From an uncultured Clostridium sp. (GTDB lineage: Bacteria; Bacillota; Clostridia; TANB77; CAG-508), in the NCBI GenBank assembly GCA_948469315.1, contig CAOKLQ010000009.1:11168-75167 (forward strand): a DNA stretch of 64,000 nt. The letters are read 5' to 3'. The notes beneath the pieces were generated by a model. The model made no database searches. It saw only the letters and a list, made by a program, of their open reading frames with translations, and had not been told where the DNA came from. Positions 20,801 to 29,102 of the stretch are shown one piece after another. Each line of letters opens with the position of its first letter. Within the stretch, counting starts at the first letter, position 1. Made by a program: the position numbers and the translations under genes.

Positions 20801-23800
20801 GATAAAAACCTTGTATTTACAAAAGAGTTTCCATCAATAAATGCAATAATTGATATAGATAATACATCACCAGATATTGATGCACAAGTAAAAACAACAA
20901 GTTCTACAAAAGGTCCTATAAACAGTCCTACAACAATTAGTGCAACTATAATGTTAAATAGAAAAACATTTAATATTAATCTAGAAAAAGCTGATATAGA
21001 CAATAATCAAATTTTATTACCAGGAGCTAGATTTGTATTAACACAGTATGATAAAAAGAATACGCAAACTGAAGTAACAAATGAAGATGGTAGATTAGTA
21101 TTATCAGCTGATATAGAAGGAATAGAACAAGATGATGTAGAAGATCAAAAAGAATATTTATACAAATTAGAAGAACAAACAGCACCAAATGGATACAATA
21201 AAATAACAACTATAGTACATATATATGTAACATTAAATAAACAAGATGAAATAACAAATGTTAGAATAACAAATGGCTCAAGTTTTATAATTGAAAAACA
21301 AGAAAATAGAACTAATAAAAATATAGACTTATTAGCTAAAAATGCAAAAGGTGGAAAATTATATAACTTAGAATTTACAAAAAAATATGTAAATAAACCA
21401 GTAGAAGGCTCAAGATATCAAATAAAAATTAATGCAGAAAGTGGAGAAAGTCTAAATATAAAAGAATTCACAAATGAAAAAGGACAAATAAATGTATCTA
21501 AAATACCAGGAAGTCAAAAAATAATAATAACATTTAGGGAATTACAGCCAGCACAAGGTTATGAATTAGATGAAAAAGAAAGAACTGTAACAGTACAAAG
21601 AAGCTCACTTACGGGAAATATTGAAATAATAGAAGAAGAAACTTCAAGTGATGTAATAGCTAAATATGATAAATCTACAAACACAATATGTGTAGAAATA
21701 AATAAACAAATAACACAGCAAGAAAATTTAATAAAAATAATAAGTGTAGATAAAAATGACGAAACAAAAAAGGTAGCATATACAACAGTACAATTAAGCT
21801 TGCCAGAAACTGGAGAAATTATAGAAAAAACTACAAATAGTTCTGGATATATTAATCTTAATGATATTAAAGCACCAGGAGAGGGAGATTATACATATAT
21901 ACTTAAAGTTACAAAAACACCAAAAGGATATTTAGACTTCCAAGGTAAAGATATATGTGTAAATATAACATTTGATGAAGATGGATATATAAAAGATACA
22001 TATCTTACAATACCAAATGAATATGCTAATGTATATTATTCTATTGAGCAAACTAAAGATAAATTATGTAATATTGCAAATATAGTAGAAAAAAATACAC
22101 CAAGGGAAATTATAAACTTAAATTTATTAAAAAAAGGTGAAAATAATAGCAACTTGAAAAATGTAGAATTTGAAATAGTTTCAGCAACAACAATAGATAA
22201 AGAAGAAACAATTTCGTCTACAACAAAGAAGACAAACCAAGATGGAAATTTAAGTTGTGAGATATTATCAGGAGATAGAGTTGAAATAACCATAAGAGAA
22301 ACAAAAACTTTAGAAGAATATAAATTAGATAGCACTCCGAGAACTATTATATTGGAAAAAGTAGGAGATAATTTAAGAATTGTACAAAGTCAAACAAATA
22401 ATAATTTTGAATGTGAACTTATAAATAATAACTTAAATGTAATAATGCAAAATGTATTTAAACCTGCTAAAGTAATAATGCAATTAATAAATGAAGATGA
22501 AAGTGGAAATGCAATAAAATTAAGAGGAATAAACGTAAAATTAAAAGAACTTTCATCAAATAAAGAATTTGATGTTACAACAGATGAAGCAGGAGAAATA
22601 AACTTTAATGATTTACCAGTAGAGCAAGAAGGTTCATATAACTTTGTTATTACAAAAATGACAACAATTCAAGGACATGAAATACCAACAGTAAATACAC
22701 AAACTCCAATAAGAATAACTGTAAATTATGTTAAAACTGAGCAAGGAGATTTAGAAGTTAAAGATCCAATAAGATATTCATCACCAGAAGAAATAGTAAA
22801 AGGAGTATCTTATACAAATTATTCAGCACCAGAAGAATATAGACTATTTTTAAGAGTAGTACTATCAGAAGTAGTTTCTAGAGATAATAATTATAATGTA
22901 AATATCTACAAATTAGATAAGCAAGAAAAAGAGGAAAATAAAGAAATATATCTTGGAGGGGCAAACTTTAATATAAATGTAGATTACTTAAATGGTACAG
23001 TATTAAACTCTAATGATACAACAAACGAAGAAGGTAAAATAGCTTATACAATTCCATTTGTTTGTGGAAACATGAAAATCAATCTTCAAGAATTAACAGC
23101 ACCAGAAGGATATGAAATAGATGATAAAGATATAAAACAAATAATATTAAATAAAAATTCAGATGGTAATGTAATTATTGAAGAAGATATTAATAGTAAT
23201 AGTATGTATACAACATTTGATAATGAAAACTTAAATATATTTGTTATGGATAGTACTAAAAAAGATACACCACCAGAAGATCCAGATAAGGAATATGATA
23301 TTACTCTGGAAATAGATAAAATGGATAAACAAACTCAAGAAAAAATAGCTGGAGTAGAATTTAAAATAATACAAATAGATGAGCAAACAAAAGAAGAAAT
23401 AGGAAATCAAGCACAAATAACAACAAATGAAGAAGGAAAAGCACAATTGCAAATATCTGGAGTAAAAGCAAAAGGAGAATATGTATATAAAATAAAAGAA
23501 AACACACCAGAAGGATATAAACAAATAGAAGAAATGAAAATAAAAGTATACATAGGAGAAAATGGAAAAGTAGAGAAAGTAGAACAATTAGAAGAAAATA
23601 TTGCAATAAAAGAAACAAAAGTAGAAGATGAAATTGCAAAAGTAGTAGTAGAAAACGAAAAAGACAATATAGTACCAAATCCAGATGATACACAATACGA
23701 ATTTATACTAGTATTAGAAAAAATAGATAAAGAAACTCAAGAAAAAATGAAAGGAATAGAATTTACAATAACAAAAATAGATGAACAAACAGGAGAGGAA

Positions 23801-24358
23801 ATAGGAGAAATAATAAATGTAACAACAAATGAAGAAGGTAAGTTAGCATTTAAAATATCTGGAGTAAAAGCAAAAGGAGAATATGTATATAAAATAAAAG
23901 AAAACACACCAAAAGGCTATAAGCCAATAGAGCAAATAAAAGTAAAAATATACATAGGAGAAGATGGAAAAGTAGAAAAGGTAGAACAATTAGGAAAAAA
24001 TACAGCAGTAAAAGAAATAGAAGTAGATGAAGGTATTATTAAACTAATAATACAAAACGAGAAAGAAGCTAAAAAACCAGAAAATAATACAACAAAGCCA
24101 GATAATAACACAATAAAAGATCCAGAAGGAAATAACTTAAAACCTACAAATACGCCAAATAATCCAGAAGATCCAAAAGACAGCAACCAAAATAAATTAC
24201 AAAATATGAATTCTCAAAACAAAACAATTGTACAACAGATAAAACAAGCAGTAAATAAAATTCCATATACTGGAGCAAGTTATACAATAATTTTACTATT
24301 ACTAACTGGTACAACACTAGCAACAATATCATACATAAAATATAAAAATATAAAATAA
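14867..24358 (+). CDS. Giant (~3160 aa) wall-anchored adhesin: signal peptide, vWA domain with MIDAS motif, >20 alternating SpaA/Cna-B-type fold domains, IPYTG sorting signal
   Basis: RBS AGGAGA precedes ATG 14867; the ORF track start at 14798 lacks an RBS. The signal peptide is FILIIMLVLIAVLAIFMVPQKAAQ, and the vWA domain reads LVIDNSYSMWSG...ILFTDGQ. Domains of the type FxLNKIDxxxxxxLxGAxFxLxQP...YEYxLKEVxxPxGY recur. The C-terminus is IPYTG (24260-24274) + hydrophobic stretch + KYKNIK. Confidence 0.85.
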   Translation: MEHLKKNSIKFILIIMLVLIAVLAIFMVPQKAAQVNRCKISVVDNGFTQKVQNEDVSVMQKIINNTQKELTFQVELENYQYQTTQIALVIDNSYSMWSGDKLINSKDSIINLVNNIFNNIENVQMSLSTYDGNKVAMGTNKEEIISQINNINNYQGITSKTGLNFAKETFTNENVGKYMILFTDGQEKITDVISQIKEDKINLLTAFYGNDKTISNQYKLAGTVYNIEDVTQENLNNTITAIEAKIKSRMIKEVQNINIENIFSNEIAQNFIFELVGTPSIGTITKTDLGYTWNIDKLNKKDKATFSYKLKLKNDLDRNIMYKDINTNNKMNVRYQDSESQENVVLENNNTPKINITETYTIKIKAINKKYTGINAKNIEFKIEQIDSLGNILRTEVQRTNNDGEIILDDITQNGTYEFKITQIGVPVEYELSDESKRVKTLQISKDYISNNLTATTNDADDIFEISSNDYEKVVTATVKLDPKEFILNINKIDEEYKNNLANVDFLLIQPTVASIPSGATVNVRTDESGKAVITGEVAGQGTYSYILKEVNTPIGYYENKEDMNLNITFNEEGKPIDISSNLENILIDEENKIQQDAINIDVTNKMLDYKLKVQAFNEKYKDIQVDNVKVSVIGKDQSGATVYSKEATTQNGKIELPINKYGEIAYTIKQISAPAEYNITQDVTYTITRNFEDNNLVLNLGADNEDIILDNDKKELTVNIYLEQRTFNFKLNKIDKDETQVKLDGAKIKLIQPSKRDALEEITQNGELNFNADVVCLVDNNNGTYTTKYSLSEIEKPIGYQKISKSIGINITFNDNGEVINAVSEDEEYVEIIKRNLEVEVNLKNEKQTYSMQLITKHKNYEDIAIPNVRVDITGNTQNGIFLDKISLTTDENGNSQVIENLKQDGKIEFQIQETWVPTGYLLNNEKACASYNYKSETLSTAEGNSKNIKVEVDNNQRILKITVYIEPKTFDIDISKTSSILDGRLIEGATFTLQQPDIGEQKRDIITKDTKQDEILKMTAEVAGQGGPYEYILKEVEVPEGYENSKIQVKFNITFDLNGNITRISTQEINNTKDNYIKDESSDYIANTQQKDYVTIGDLINNNNNDVIPVTIENEVEKTNLEILVVNKNYTQVVVKDVDVTIAGQTSNGEFYRNTLKTNENGKINIARIDNIGDFDFSAIAIKTPTGYLPQTSATTAYLNKDAQTTKLSLRANSTNVSVQGNKIIIKIYLEPKTFDIEISKYEQALGDLLIPNAKFSLTQPDIVEGIPKNINKDKIERRIVTGTTKKSEKLVIKAEVAGQGTYEYTLKEKAPSGYEDKQIEYTLKITFDENGNMQNVQRADDEKTISSSSHVSLGQYTINKIPLTIMNYQKTYSITAELTNTKYRDIHRQDKIIKGIKIENAKVKVIGTTNNSIVYESDILTTDSNGLVTFKPLTQRGDVTYTIKLIEVPTGYIIPEDKVIGINKDEITTEITKTNNATNVTIDNTEKSIHVDMFLDVQTFEIEINKKDKDEDDVLVSGAHFTVVQPSFADIGRSDRKRNDITGSTSLNTPLSLTAEVGGVNSPYIYKITEDTVPSGYTVDNKLTQIEVTFNKDGTVKDVNCLNDNEQAYIDSTRTNGSKIAVNIVNTKKPYNINVIASNKKHESVKVEGLNLKIIGKDKTNQIVYESEQLVTDSSGQVNVSGLKTTGDITYEIVQLEKAPAAYILGDKKIVNLNINKQNNVITCSNSVDGDIVVNNNSKTITVKLFLDPKTFMINISKLDYDDKLNNINTLIQGATFQLTDPRGVSYEARTQKDSILNMEAEVAGEGTYTYELWETWPQGYQEFYAKAILTITFDENGQIIQEQQNQQSQSPVVIEAQWWTWRRDNEGNLTSYKTENEKGIIELTGNTTNSVDLFITNVKKEYSIVINAKDDKYGNLVDDVRMQIIATGENGTQLFNKIEKTENGTIKIPYLRYIGKMHVVIKQVSVPKQYNNFTDKNLVFTKEFPSINAIIDIDNTSPDIDAQVKTTSSTKGPINSPTTISATIMLNRKTFNINLEKADIDNNQILLPGARFVLTQYDKKNTQTEVTNEDGRLVLSADIEGIEQDDVEDQKEYLYKLEEQTAPNGYNKITTIVHIYVTLNKQDEITNVRITNGSSFIIEKQENRTNKNIDLLAKNAKGGKLYNLEFTKKYVNKPVEGSRYQIKINAESGESLNIKEFTNEKGQINVSKIPGSQKIIITFRELQPAQGYELDEKERTVTVQRSSLTGNIEIIEEETSSDVIAKYDKSTNTICVEINKQITQQENLIKIISVDKNDETKKVAYTTVQLSLPETGEIIEKTTNSSGYINLNDIKAPGEGDYTYILKVTKTPKGYLDFQGKDICVNITFDEDGYIKDTYLTIPNEYANVYYSIEQTKDKLCNIANIVEKNTPREIINLNLLKKGENNSNLKNVEFEIVSATTIDKEETISSTTKKTNQDGNLSCEILSGDRVEITIRETKTLEEYKLDSTPRTIILEKVGDNLRIVQSQTNNNFECELINNNLNVIMQNVFKPAKVIMQLINEDESGNAIKLRGINVKLKELSSNKEFDVTTDEAGEINFNDLPVEQEGSYNFVITKMTTIQGHEIPTVNTQTPIRITVNYVKTEQGDLEVKDPIRYSSPEEIVKGVSYTNYSAPEEYRLFLRVVLSEVVSRDNNYNVNIYKLDKQEKEENKEIYLGGANFNINVDYLNGTVLNSNDTTNEEGKIAYTIPFVCGNMKINLQELTAPEGYEIDDKDIKQIILNKNSDGNVIIEEDINSNSMYTTFDNENLNIFVMDSTKKDTPPEDPDKEYDITLEIDKMDKQTQEKIAGVEFKIIQIDEQTKEEIGNQAQITTNEEGKAQLQISGVKAKGEYVYKIKENTPEGYKQIEEMKIKVYIGENGKVEKVEQLEENIAIKETKVEDEIAKVVVENEKDNIVPNPDDTQYEFILVLEKIDKETQEKMKGIEFTITKIDEQTGEEIGEIINVTTNEEGKLAFKISGVKAKGEYVYKIKENTPKGYKPIEQIKVKIYIGEDGKVEKVEQLGKNTAVKEIEVDEGIIKLIIQNEKEAKKPENNTTKPDNNTIKDPEGNNLKPTNTPNNPEDPKDSNQNKLQNMNSQNKTIVQQIKQAVNKIPYTGASYTIILLLLTGTTLATISYIKYKNIK
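23285..24075 (+). repeat. Near-identical tandem duplication (~405 nt x2) inside the giant adhesin gene
   Basis: DKMDKQTQEKIAGVEFKIIQIDEQTKEEIG...GVKAKGEYVYKIKENTPEGYKQIEEMKIKVYIGENGKVEKVEQL is followed by EKIDKETQEKMKGIEFTITKIDEQTGEEIG...GVKAKGEYVYKIKENTPKGYKPIEQIKVKIYIGEDGKVEKVEQL. Confidence 0.8.
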
Positions 24359-24363
24359 TAATT

Positions 24364-24389
24364 AAAGGAGCACAAAATGTGCTCCTTTT
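24364..24389 (+). terminator. Rho-independent terminator of the giant adhesin gene
   Basis: AAAGGAGCAC-aaaat-GTGCTCCTTT forms a 10-bp stem directly after the stop codon. Confidence 0.75.
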
Positions 24390-24538
24390 GCTAATTAAGA
24401 TCAATTGGATATTTATAAAGTTTGTTATAAGTTCATATAATAACATCTTTTACTAAAATGCTTAAAAGTTACCATTGAAAAACTTTAAAAAATGAGTTAT
24501 AATAACAAACATAATTATATAAAAGGAGCGATTTATAT

Positions 24539-25597
24539 ATGTTTGAAAAATTAGAGGAAGTAGAAAAAAGGCATGAAGAGCTAACAAAGTTAATTTCAGA
24601 TCCAGAAGTTATTTCAAACCAAGCCCAGTGGCAAAAATATATGAAAGAACATGCAAGCCAAGAAGAAATAGTAATAAAATTTAGAGAATATAAACAAACA
24701 AAAAAAGCCATGGAAGATGCAAGCGAATTAATGTTAGATATAGAAATGAAAGAACTTGCAGAGCTAGAGTATTATGAAGCAAAAGAGAGATTGCCAAAAC
24801 TAGAAGAAGAATTAAAAGTACTATTAATACCAAAAGATAAAGATGATGATAAAAACATAATATGTGAAATAAGAGGTGGAGCAGGAGGAGAAGAAGCAGC
24901 TCTCTTTGCAGGAACTCTATATAGAATGTATTCAATGTATGCAGAAAAAAAGCATTGGAAATTAGAAGTATTAAACGAAAATGAAACTGGACTTGGAGGA
25001 TATAAAGAGATATCATTTATGATTACAGGAAAAGGTGTATATAGTAGACTAAAATTCGAAAGTGGAGTACACAGAGTGCAAAGAGTACCAGATACAGAAA
25101 GTAGTGGAAGAATACACACATCAACTGCAACAGTTGCAGTTTTGCCAGTAGTAGAAGATGTAGAAATAGATATAAATCCAGCAGATGTTAGAATGGAAGT
25201 ATTTAGAGCGTCAGGAGCAGGAGGGCAACATGTAAACAAAACATCATCAGCAGTAAGGTTAATACATGAGCCAACAGGAATAGTAGCAGAATGCCAAACA
25301 GAACGTTCACAACTGCAAAATAGAGAATATGCAATGAGATTACTAAAATCTAGAATATATGATGAAGAAAAACAAAAACAAGATTCTAAGATTGCAAATG
25401 AGAGAAAAAGTCAAGTAGGAAGCGGAGATAGAAGTGAAAAAATACGTACCTACAATTACCCACAAGGACGTATTACAGATCATAGAATAGGTTTAAGTAT
25501 ATACCAAATGGAAGACTTTTTAAATGGAAATTTAGATGAAATGATAGATAGTCTAACTGCAGCAGACAGAGCAGAAAAGTTAAAAGGTGATGAATAA
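24539..25597 (+). CDS. prfA: Peptide chain release factor 1
   Basis: At 352 aa it has the GGQ motif ([11 protein letters not shown]) and the RF1-type PxT tripeptide in [34 protein letters not shown] is upstream. Confidence 0.93.
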   Translation: MFEKLEEVEKRHEELTKLISDPEVISNQAQWQKYMKEHASQEEIVIKFREYKQTKKAMEDASELMLDIEMKELAELEYYEAKERLPKLEEELKVLLIPKDKDDDKNIICEIRGGAGGEEAALFAGTLYRMYSMYAEKKHWKLEVLNENETGLGGYKEISFMITGKGVYSRLKFESGVHRVQRVPDTESSGRIHTSTATVAVLPVVEDVEIDINPADVRMEVFRASGAGGQHVNKTSSAVRLIHEPTGIVAECQTERSQLQNREYAMRLLKSRIYDEEKQKQDSKIANERKSQVGSGDRSEKIRTYNYPQGRITDHRIGLSIYQMEDFLNGNLDEMIDSLTAADRAEKLKGDE

Positions 25598-25746
25598 AAA
25601 TACAAATAAGGTTAATATAGATTTTTCTTTGAAATTTTAATTATTGCTATATCATATGGACTTTAAACATGTAACTATCTGTTTCATGAATCTGAAAGAA
25701 GTAGAACATTTAGAGATTATTTTGATATTGAGTAAAAAAGCAAAAG

Positions 25747-25782
25747 CTCTAAGAATTATAATTTTAATTCTTAGAGTTTTTT
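25747..25782 (+). terminator. Rho-independent terminator after prfA
   Basis: CTCTAAGAATT-8 nt-AATTCTTAGAG is followed by TTTTTT. Confidence 0.8.
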
Positions 25783-25802
25783 AATTATGAAATTTTAATC
25801 TA

Positions 25803-25831
25803 TTGACAAACAAAGTAAAAAATAATAAAAT
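25803..25831 (+). promoter_or_regulatory. Sigma-A-type promoter for tRNA-Lys
   Basis: TTGACA (25803-25808), a 17-nt spacer and TAAAAT (25826-25831) lie ~22 nt upstream of the tRNA 5' end. Confidence 0.6.
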
Positions 25832-25853
25832 AATTATGAAATGGAATTTATAT

Positions 25854-25929
25854 GGGCCATTAGCTCAGTTGGTAGAGCAGCAGACTCTTAATCTGACGGT
25901 CGGAGGTTCGACCCCTCTATGGCTCACCA
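25854..25929 (+). tRNA. tRNA-Lys (anticodon CUU), CCA encoded
   Basis: A cloverleaf was folded by hand: acceptor GGGCCAT/ATGGCTC, D-arm GCTC/GAGC, anticodon loop CTCTTAA, T-arm GGAGG-TTCGACC-CCTCT. There is one G27-A43 mismatch in the anticodon stem. Confidence 0.9.
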
Positions 25930-25934
25930 CTATG

Positions 25935-25972
25935 AAATAAAGAGCTAATTATTAAATTTGCTCTTTATTTCT
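25935..25972 (+). terminator. Rho-independent terminator after tRNA-Lys
   Basis: AAATAAAGAGC-14 nt-GCTCTTTATTT, T-rich at the 3' side. Confidence 0.7.
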
Positions 25973-26059
25973 TATATTCTTAAGAAAGTAATTAACGAAA
26001 GTGCTTACGTTTTTTAAGAATATTTTATATGATAAAAATTTTTATAAAAGGAGGAAGCA

Positions 26060-27010
26060 ATGTTTAAAATATATAATACAGATATTCAAACAAGTGAATT
26101 TAAAGAAATAAAAAAAGTAAAAAAAGGCAGTTGGATAAACATGGTTTCCCCAAGTAATGAAGAAATTAAGCAAGTTTGCCAAAAATTACAAATAAACGAA
26201 GATTTTATAACAGACTCTTTAGATTCAGAAGAAAAACCAAGAATAGAAATAGAGCAAGATGATGGAACAATACTATTTGTAATAGATGTGCCTGTAATAG
26301 AAAAAGAAAATGAAACATATGAATATACAACAATGCCACTTGGAATAATATTTGTAAGAGATGACTATATCATAACAGTATCACTTAAAAAATATATGGT
26401 AATAGAAAAATTTACAAAATCAAAAATAAAAAACTTTGCAACATATATGAAAAGCAGATTTTTATTTCAGATAATGCTAGAGAATTCTTCAGAATATTTA
26501 AGCTACTTAAAAAGGATAAATAAAGAAACGCAAATAGCAGAAAGTACTCTAAAAAATTCTATGAAAAATAGAGAACTGTTAAAGATGTTAAGCTTAGAAA
26601 AAAGCTTAGTATATTTTACAACATCAATAAGAGCAAATGAAGTAGTAATGGAAAAGACTTTAAGAGGAAAATTTATAAAATTATATGAAGATGATGAAGA
26701 CATATTAGAAGATGCTATAATAGAAAATAAACAAGCAATAGAAATGGGAAAAATATATAGCGACATCCTAAATGGAACAATGGATGCATATGCCTCAATA
26801 ATTTCAAATAACCTAAATGGAGTAATGAAATTTTTAACATCAATAACAATAGTACTAGCAGTACCAACAATGGTATCAAGCTTTTGGGGAATGAATGTAA
26901 AGTTGCCATTTGAAGCAGAAAGGTTTGGCTTCATAATAATGATTGCAATATCAGGAATATTAACTCTAATTGTAACATGGTGGTTAAAGAAGAAAGATAT
27001 GCTAAATTAG
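26060..27010 (+). CDS. corA: CorA-family magnesium/cobalt transporter
   Basis: It is 316 aa with a cytoplasmic N-domain, two C-terminal TM helices and the signature GMN motif (SFWGMNVKLPF). RBS AAGGAGG is upstream. Confidence 0.9.
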   Translation: MFKIYNTDIQTSEFKEIKKVKKGSWINMVSPSNEEIKQVCQKLQINEDFITDSLDSEEKPRIEIEQDDGTILFVIDVPVIEKENETYEYTTMPLGIIFVRDDYIITVSLKKYMVIEKFTKSKIKNFATYMKSRFLFQIMLENSSEYLSYLKRINKETQIAESTLKNSMKNRELLKMLSLEKSLVYFTTSIRANEVVMEKTLRGKFIKLYEDDEDILEDAIIENKQAIEMGKIYSDILNGTMDAYASIISNNLNGVMKFLTSITIVLAVPTMVSSFWGMNVKLPFEAERFGFIIMIAISGILTLIVTWWLKKKDMLN

Positions 27011-27017
27011 ATTGGTG

Positions 27018-27050
27018 CCAATTGGGGTCAGACCCTGATTGGTATTTTTT
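27018..27050 (+). terminator. Terminator after corA (imperfect GC-rich hairpin + T-run)
   Basis: CCAATTGGGGTC-a-GACCCTGATTGG is followed by TATTTTTT. Confidence 0.6.
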
Positions 27051-27141
27051 GGACTTTTTGGGACAGACTTGAAAATTCAAAAAATTGAATAAAACATAAA
27101 AAAACACATAAACTAATAAAAACAAAAGGGAGGTTGAATAA

Positions 27142-27333
27142 ATGAAAATTATAGATACAATTGCATTAATCCTTATAATTATAGGAGCACTAAATTGGGG
27201 TCTTATAGGAATATTTGAATTTAACTTAGTAGAAGCTATCTTTGGAGCCATGACATGGCTTTCAAGAATAATATATATTCTAGTAGGAATTTCTGGATTA
27301 TGGGGAATAAAATTATTATTTGATAATAATTAA
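27142..27333 (+). CDS. DUF378-family small membrane protein
   Basis: It is 63 aa with two TM helices and the characteristic IIGALNWGLIGIF motif. RBS GGGAGG is upstream. Confidence 0.8.
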   Translation: MKIIDTIALILIIIGALNWGLIGIFEFNLVEAIFGAMTWLSRIIYILVGISGLWGIKLLFDNN

Positions 27334-27349
27334 AATAAATAATAAATAA

Positions 27350-27386
27350 TTTTTAAGAGCACGATATTTCGTGCTCTTAAAAATTA
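27350..27386 (+). terminator. Rho-independent terminator after the DUF378 gene
   Basis: TTTTTAAGAGCACGA-tatt-TCGTGCTCTTAAAAA is a perfect 15-bp stem. Confidence 0.75.
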
Positions 27387-27486
27387 TTTATAAAGAACCA
27401 AACATTCTTACGCAAGTTTTATGATTTACTTGATTTTTATATAAAAGCAATGTATAATTTATAAGCAAAGATGAGGAGGAATATAT

Positions 27487-29070
27487 ATGTTATCTGTAAA
27501 TGGTGTAACTGTTAGATTTGGAAAAAGAGTGTTATTTGAGGATGTAAATATTCGCTTTGGAAAAGGAAATTGCTATGGAATAATAGGAGCAAATGGAGCA
27601 GGAAAGTCAACTTTCCTTAAGGTTTTATCAGGAGAGATAGAACCAAGCAAAGGTGATGTTTCTATAGATAAAGGTGAAAGAATATCTGTTTTAAAACAAG
27701 ATCACTTTGCATATGAAGATTATACAGTAATAGATACAGTTATAATGGGAAATAAAGAACTTTACGATATTATGAAAGAAAAAGATAAAATTTATGCAAA
27801 ACCAGATTTTAATGAAGAAGATGGAATGAAAGCTGCAAAATTAGAAGAAAAATTTGCAGAACTTGATGGATGGAATGCTGAGAGTGATGCAGCTATACTT
27901 TTAAATGATTTAGGAATAGATAGCCAAAATCATTATAAATATATGAGAGAATTAGAAGCAAGAGACAAGGTTAAAGTACTTCTAGCACAAAGCTTATTTG
28001 GAAATCCAGATATACTTTTACTTGATGAGCCTACAAACGATTTAGATTTAAAGAGCATAGCTTGGCTTGAAGAGTTTTTAATAAACTTTGAAAATACAGT
28101 ACTTGTTGTATCGCATGATAGATACTTTTTAAACAAAGTATGTACAAATATAGCAGATGTTGACTTTGGAAAAATAAAAGTATATCCAGGAAATTATGAT
28201 TTCTGGTATGAATCAAGTCAGCTTGCACTAAAACAAGCAAAAGAACAAAATAAGAAAAAAGAAGAAAAAATAAAAGAGTTACAAGACTTTATAGCAAGAT
28301 TTAGTGCAAATGCATCAAAATCAAAACAAGCAACATCAAGAAAAAAGTCATTAGAGAGAATTGAGTTAGATGAAATAAAGCCATCAAATAGAAGATATCC
28401 ATATGTTGATTTTAAGCCAGATAGAGAACCAGGAAATGATATATTAACAGTTAGAAATTTAAGTAAAGTAGTAGATGGTCAAAAAATATTAGACAACATA
28501 TCTTTTACAGTAAAAAAAGGTGATAAAATAGCTTTTCTAGCAGACAATGAGAATGCAAAAACAGTATTATTCCAGATACTTGCAGGAGAGATAGAAGCTG
28601 ACGTAGGAGAAATAATATGGGGAACAACAATAACAAATACATATTTCCCAAAGGATAACAATTATTTATTTGATATAGATCTATCTATAACAGACTGGCT
28701 AAGAGGGTATTCAAAAGATCCAGATGAGACATATGTAAGAGGCTTTTTAGGAAGAATGCTATTTTCAGGAGAAGAAGCTCTAAAAAAAGTAAATGTAATG
28801 TCTGGGGGAGAAAAAGTAAGATGTGTACTATCTAAGATGATGTTATCAGGGGCAAACTTCCTAATAATAGATGAGCCAACAAACCATCTAGATATGGAAA
28901 GCATAACAAGTGTAAATGAAGGAATGAAAAAATTCATAGGGAATATCTTATTTACATCACATGACCATCAATTAACACAAACAGTAGCAAACAGAATAAT
29001 AGATATAAAAGAAGATGGAAGATTAATAGATAGAGAAGTAACATATAATGAATATTTAGGGATAGAATAA
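27487..29070 (+). CDS. ABC-F family ATPase (YbiT/YkpA-like translation factor type), no TM domain
   Basis: It has two ABC cassettes: Walker A GANGAGKST, signature SGGEKVR and Walker B LLLDEPTNDLD / LIIDEPTNHLD. A charged inter-domain linker reads KQAKEQNKKKEEKIKELQDF. Length is 527 aa. Confidence 0.88.
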   Translation: MLSVNGVTVRFGKRVLFEDVNIRFGKGNCYGIIGANGAGKSTFLKVLSGEIEPSKGDVSIDKGERISVLKQDHFAYEDYTVIDTVIMGNKELYDIMKEKDKIYAKPDFNEEDGMKAAKLEEKFAELDGWNAESDAAILLNDLGIDSQNHYKYMRELEARDKVKVLLAQSLFGNPDILLLDEPTNDLDLKSIAWLEEFLINFENTVLVVSHDRYFLNKVCTNIADVDFGKIKVYPGNYDFWYESSQLALKQAKEQNKKKEEKIKELQDFIARFSANASKSKQATSRKKSLERIELDEIKPSNRRYPYVDFKPDREPGNDILTVRNLSKVVDGQKILDNISFTVKKGDKIAFLADNENAKTVLFQILAGEIEADVGEIIWGTTITNTYFPKDNNYLFDIDLSITDWLRGYSKDPDETYVRGFLGRMLFSGEEALKKVNVMSGGEKVRCVLSKMMLSGANFLIIDEPTNHLDMESITSVNEGMKKFIGNILFTSHDHQLTQTVANRIIDIKEDGRLIDREVTYNEYLGIE

Positions 29071-29102
29071 AAAATTAAAAATTTTAAAAAGGGAAAATAA
29101 TT

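Noticed and set aside
3160-24075. CRISPR array or non-coding tandem repeats
   Set aside because: All periodic DNA here is in-frame protein-domain repetition of 200-400-nt units with divergent sequence. No short repeat-spacer structure and no cas genes appear anywhere in the window.
1-24358. Cellulosome or polysaccharide-degrading complex
   Set aside because: Dockerin and cohesin-like modules are present, but no glycoside hydrolase, CBM, SLH or other CAZyme signature is visible anywhere in the locus.
10851-24358. Sortase-assembled pilus operon (vWA tip + Cna-B stalk)
   Set aside because: No sortase gene lies in or near the locus. I saw no pilin motif (YPKN) or E-box. The stalk domains are all in one 3160-aa polypeptide rather than in polymerising subunits.
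476-24446. Dozens of 60-350-aa minus-strand ORFs in the track (e.g. 7108..8169, 9481..9888, 13616..13999, 18979..19329, 23231..23693) antisense to the giant plus-strand genes
   Set aside because: They lie wholly inside strongly supported domain-repeat ORFs and have no RBS. Their Leu/Phe/Ser/Val/Ile-rich low-complexity translations are what the complement of A-rich, purine-skewed codons yields. They are stop-poor antisense frames, not genes.
25854-25929. tRNA-Lys as a pseudo-tRNA because of a G27-A43 mismatch
   Set aside because: It is a single mismatch at the top of the anticodon stem. All other arms, invariant positions, the CCA end, the promoter and the terminator are intact.
25973-26059. 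Mg2+ (M-box) riboswitch upstream of corA
   Set aside because: Only ~85 nt of leader is available and no extended conserved helices were seen. That is too short for an M-box.
26931-27251. 106-aa minus-strand ORF spanning the corA 3' end, its terminator and the DUF378 start
   Set aside because: It overlaps two well-supported plus-strand genes and a terminator hairpin, has no RBS, and has a low-complexity translation.
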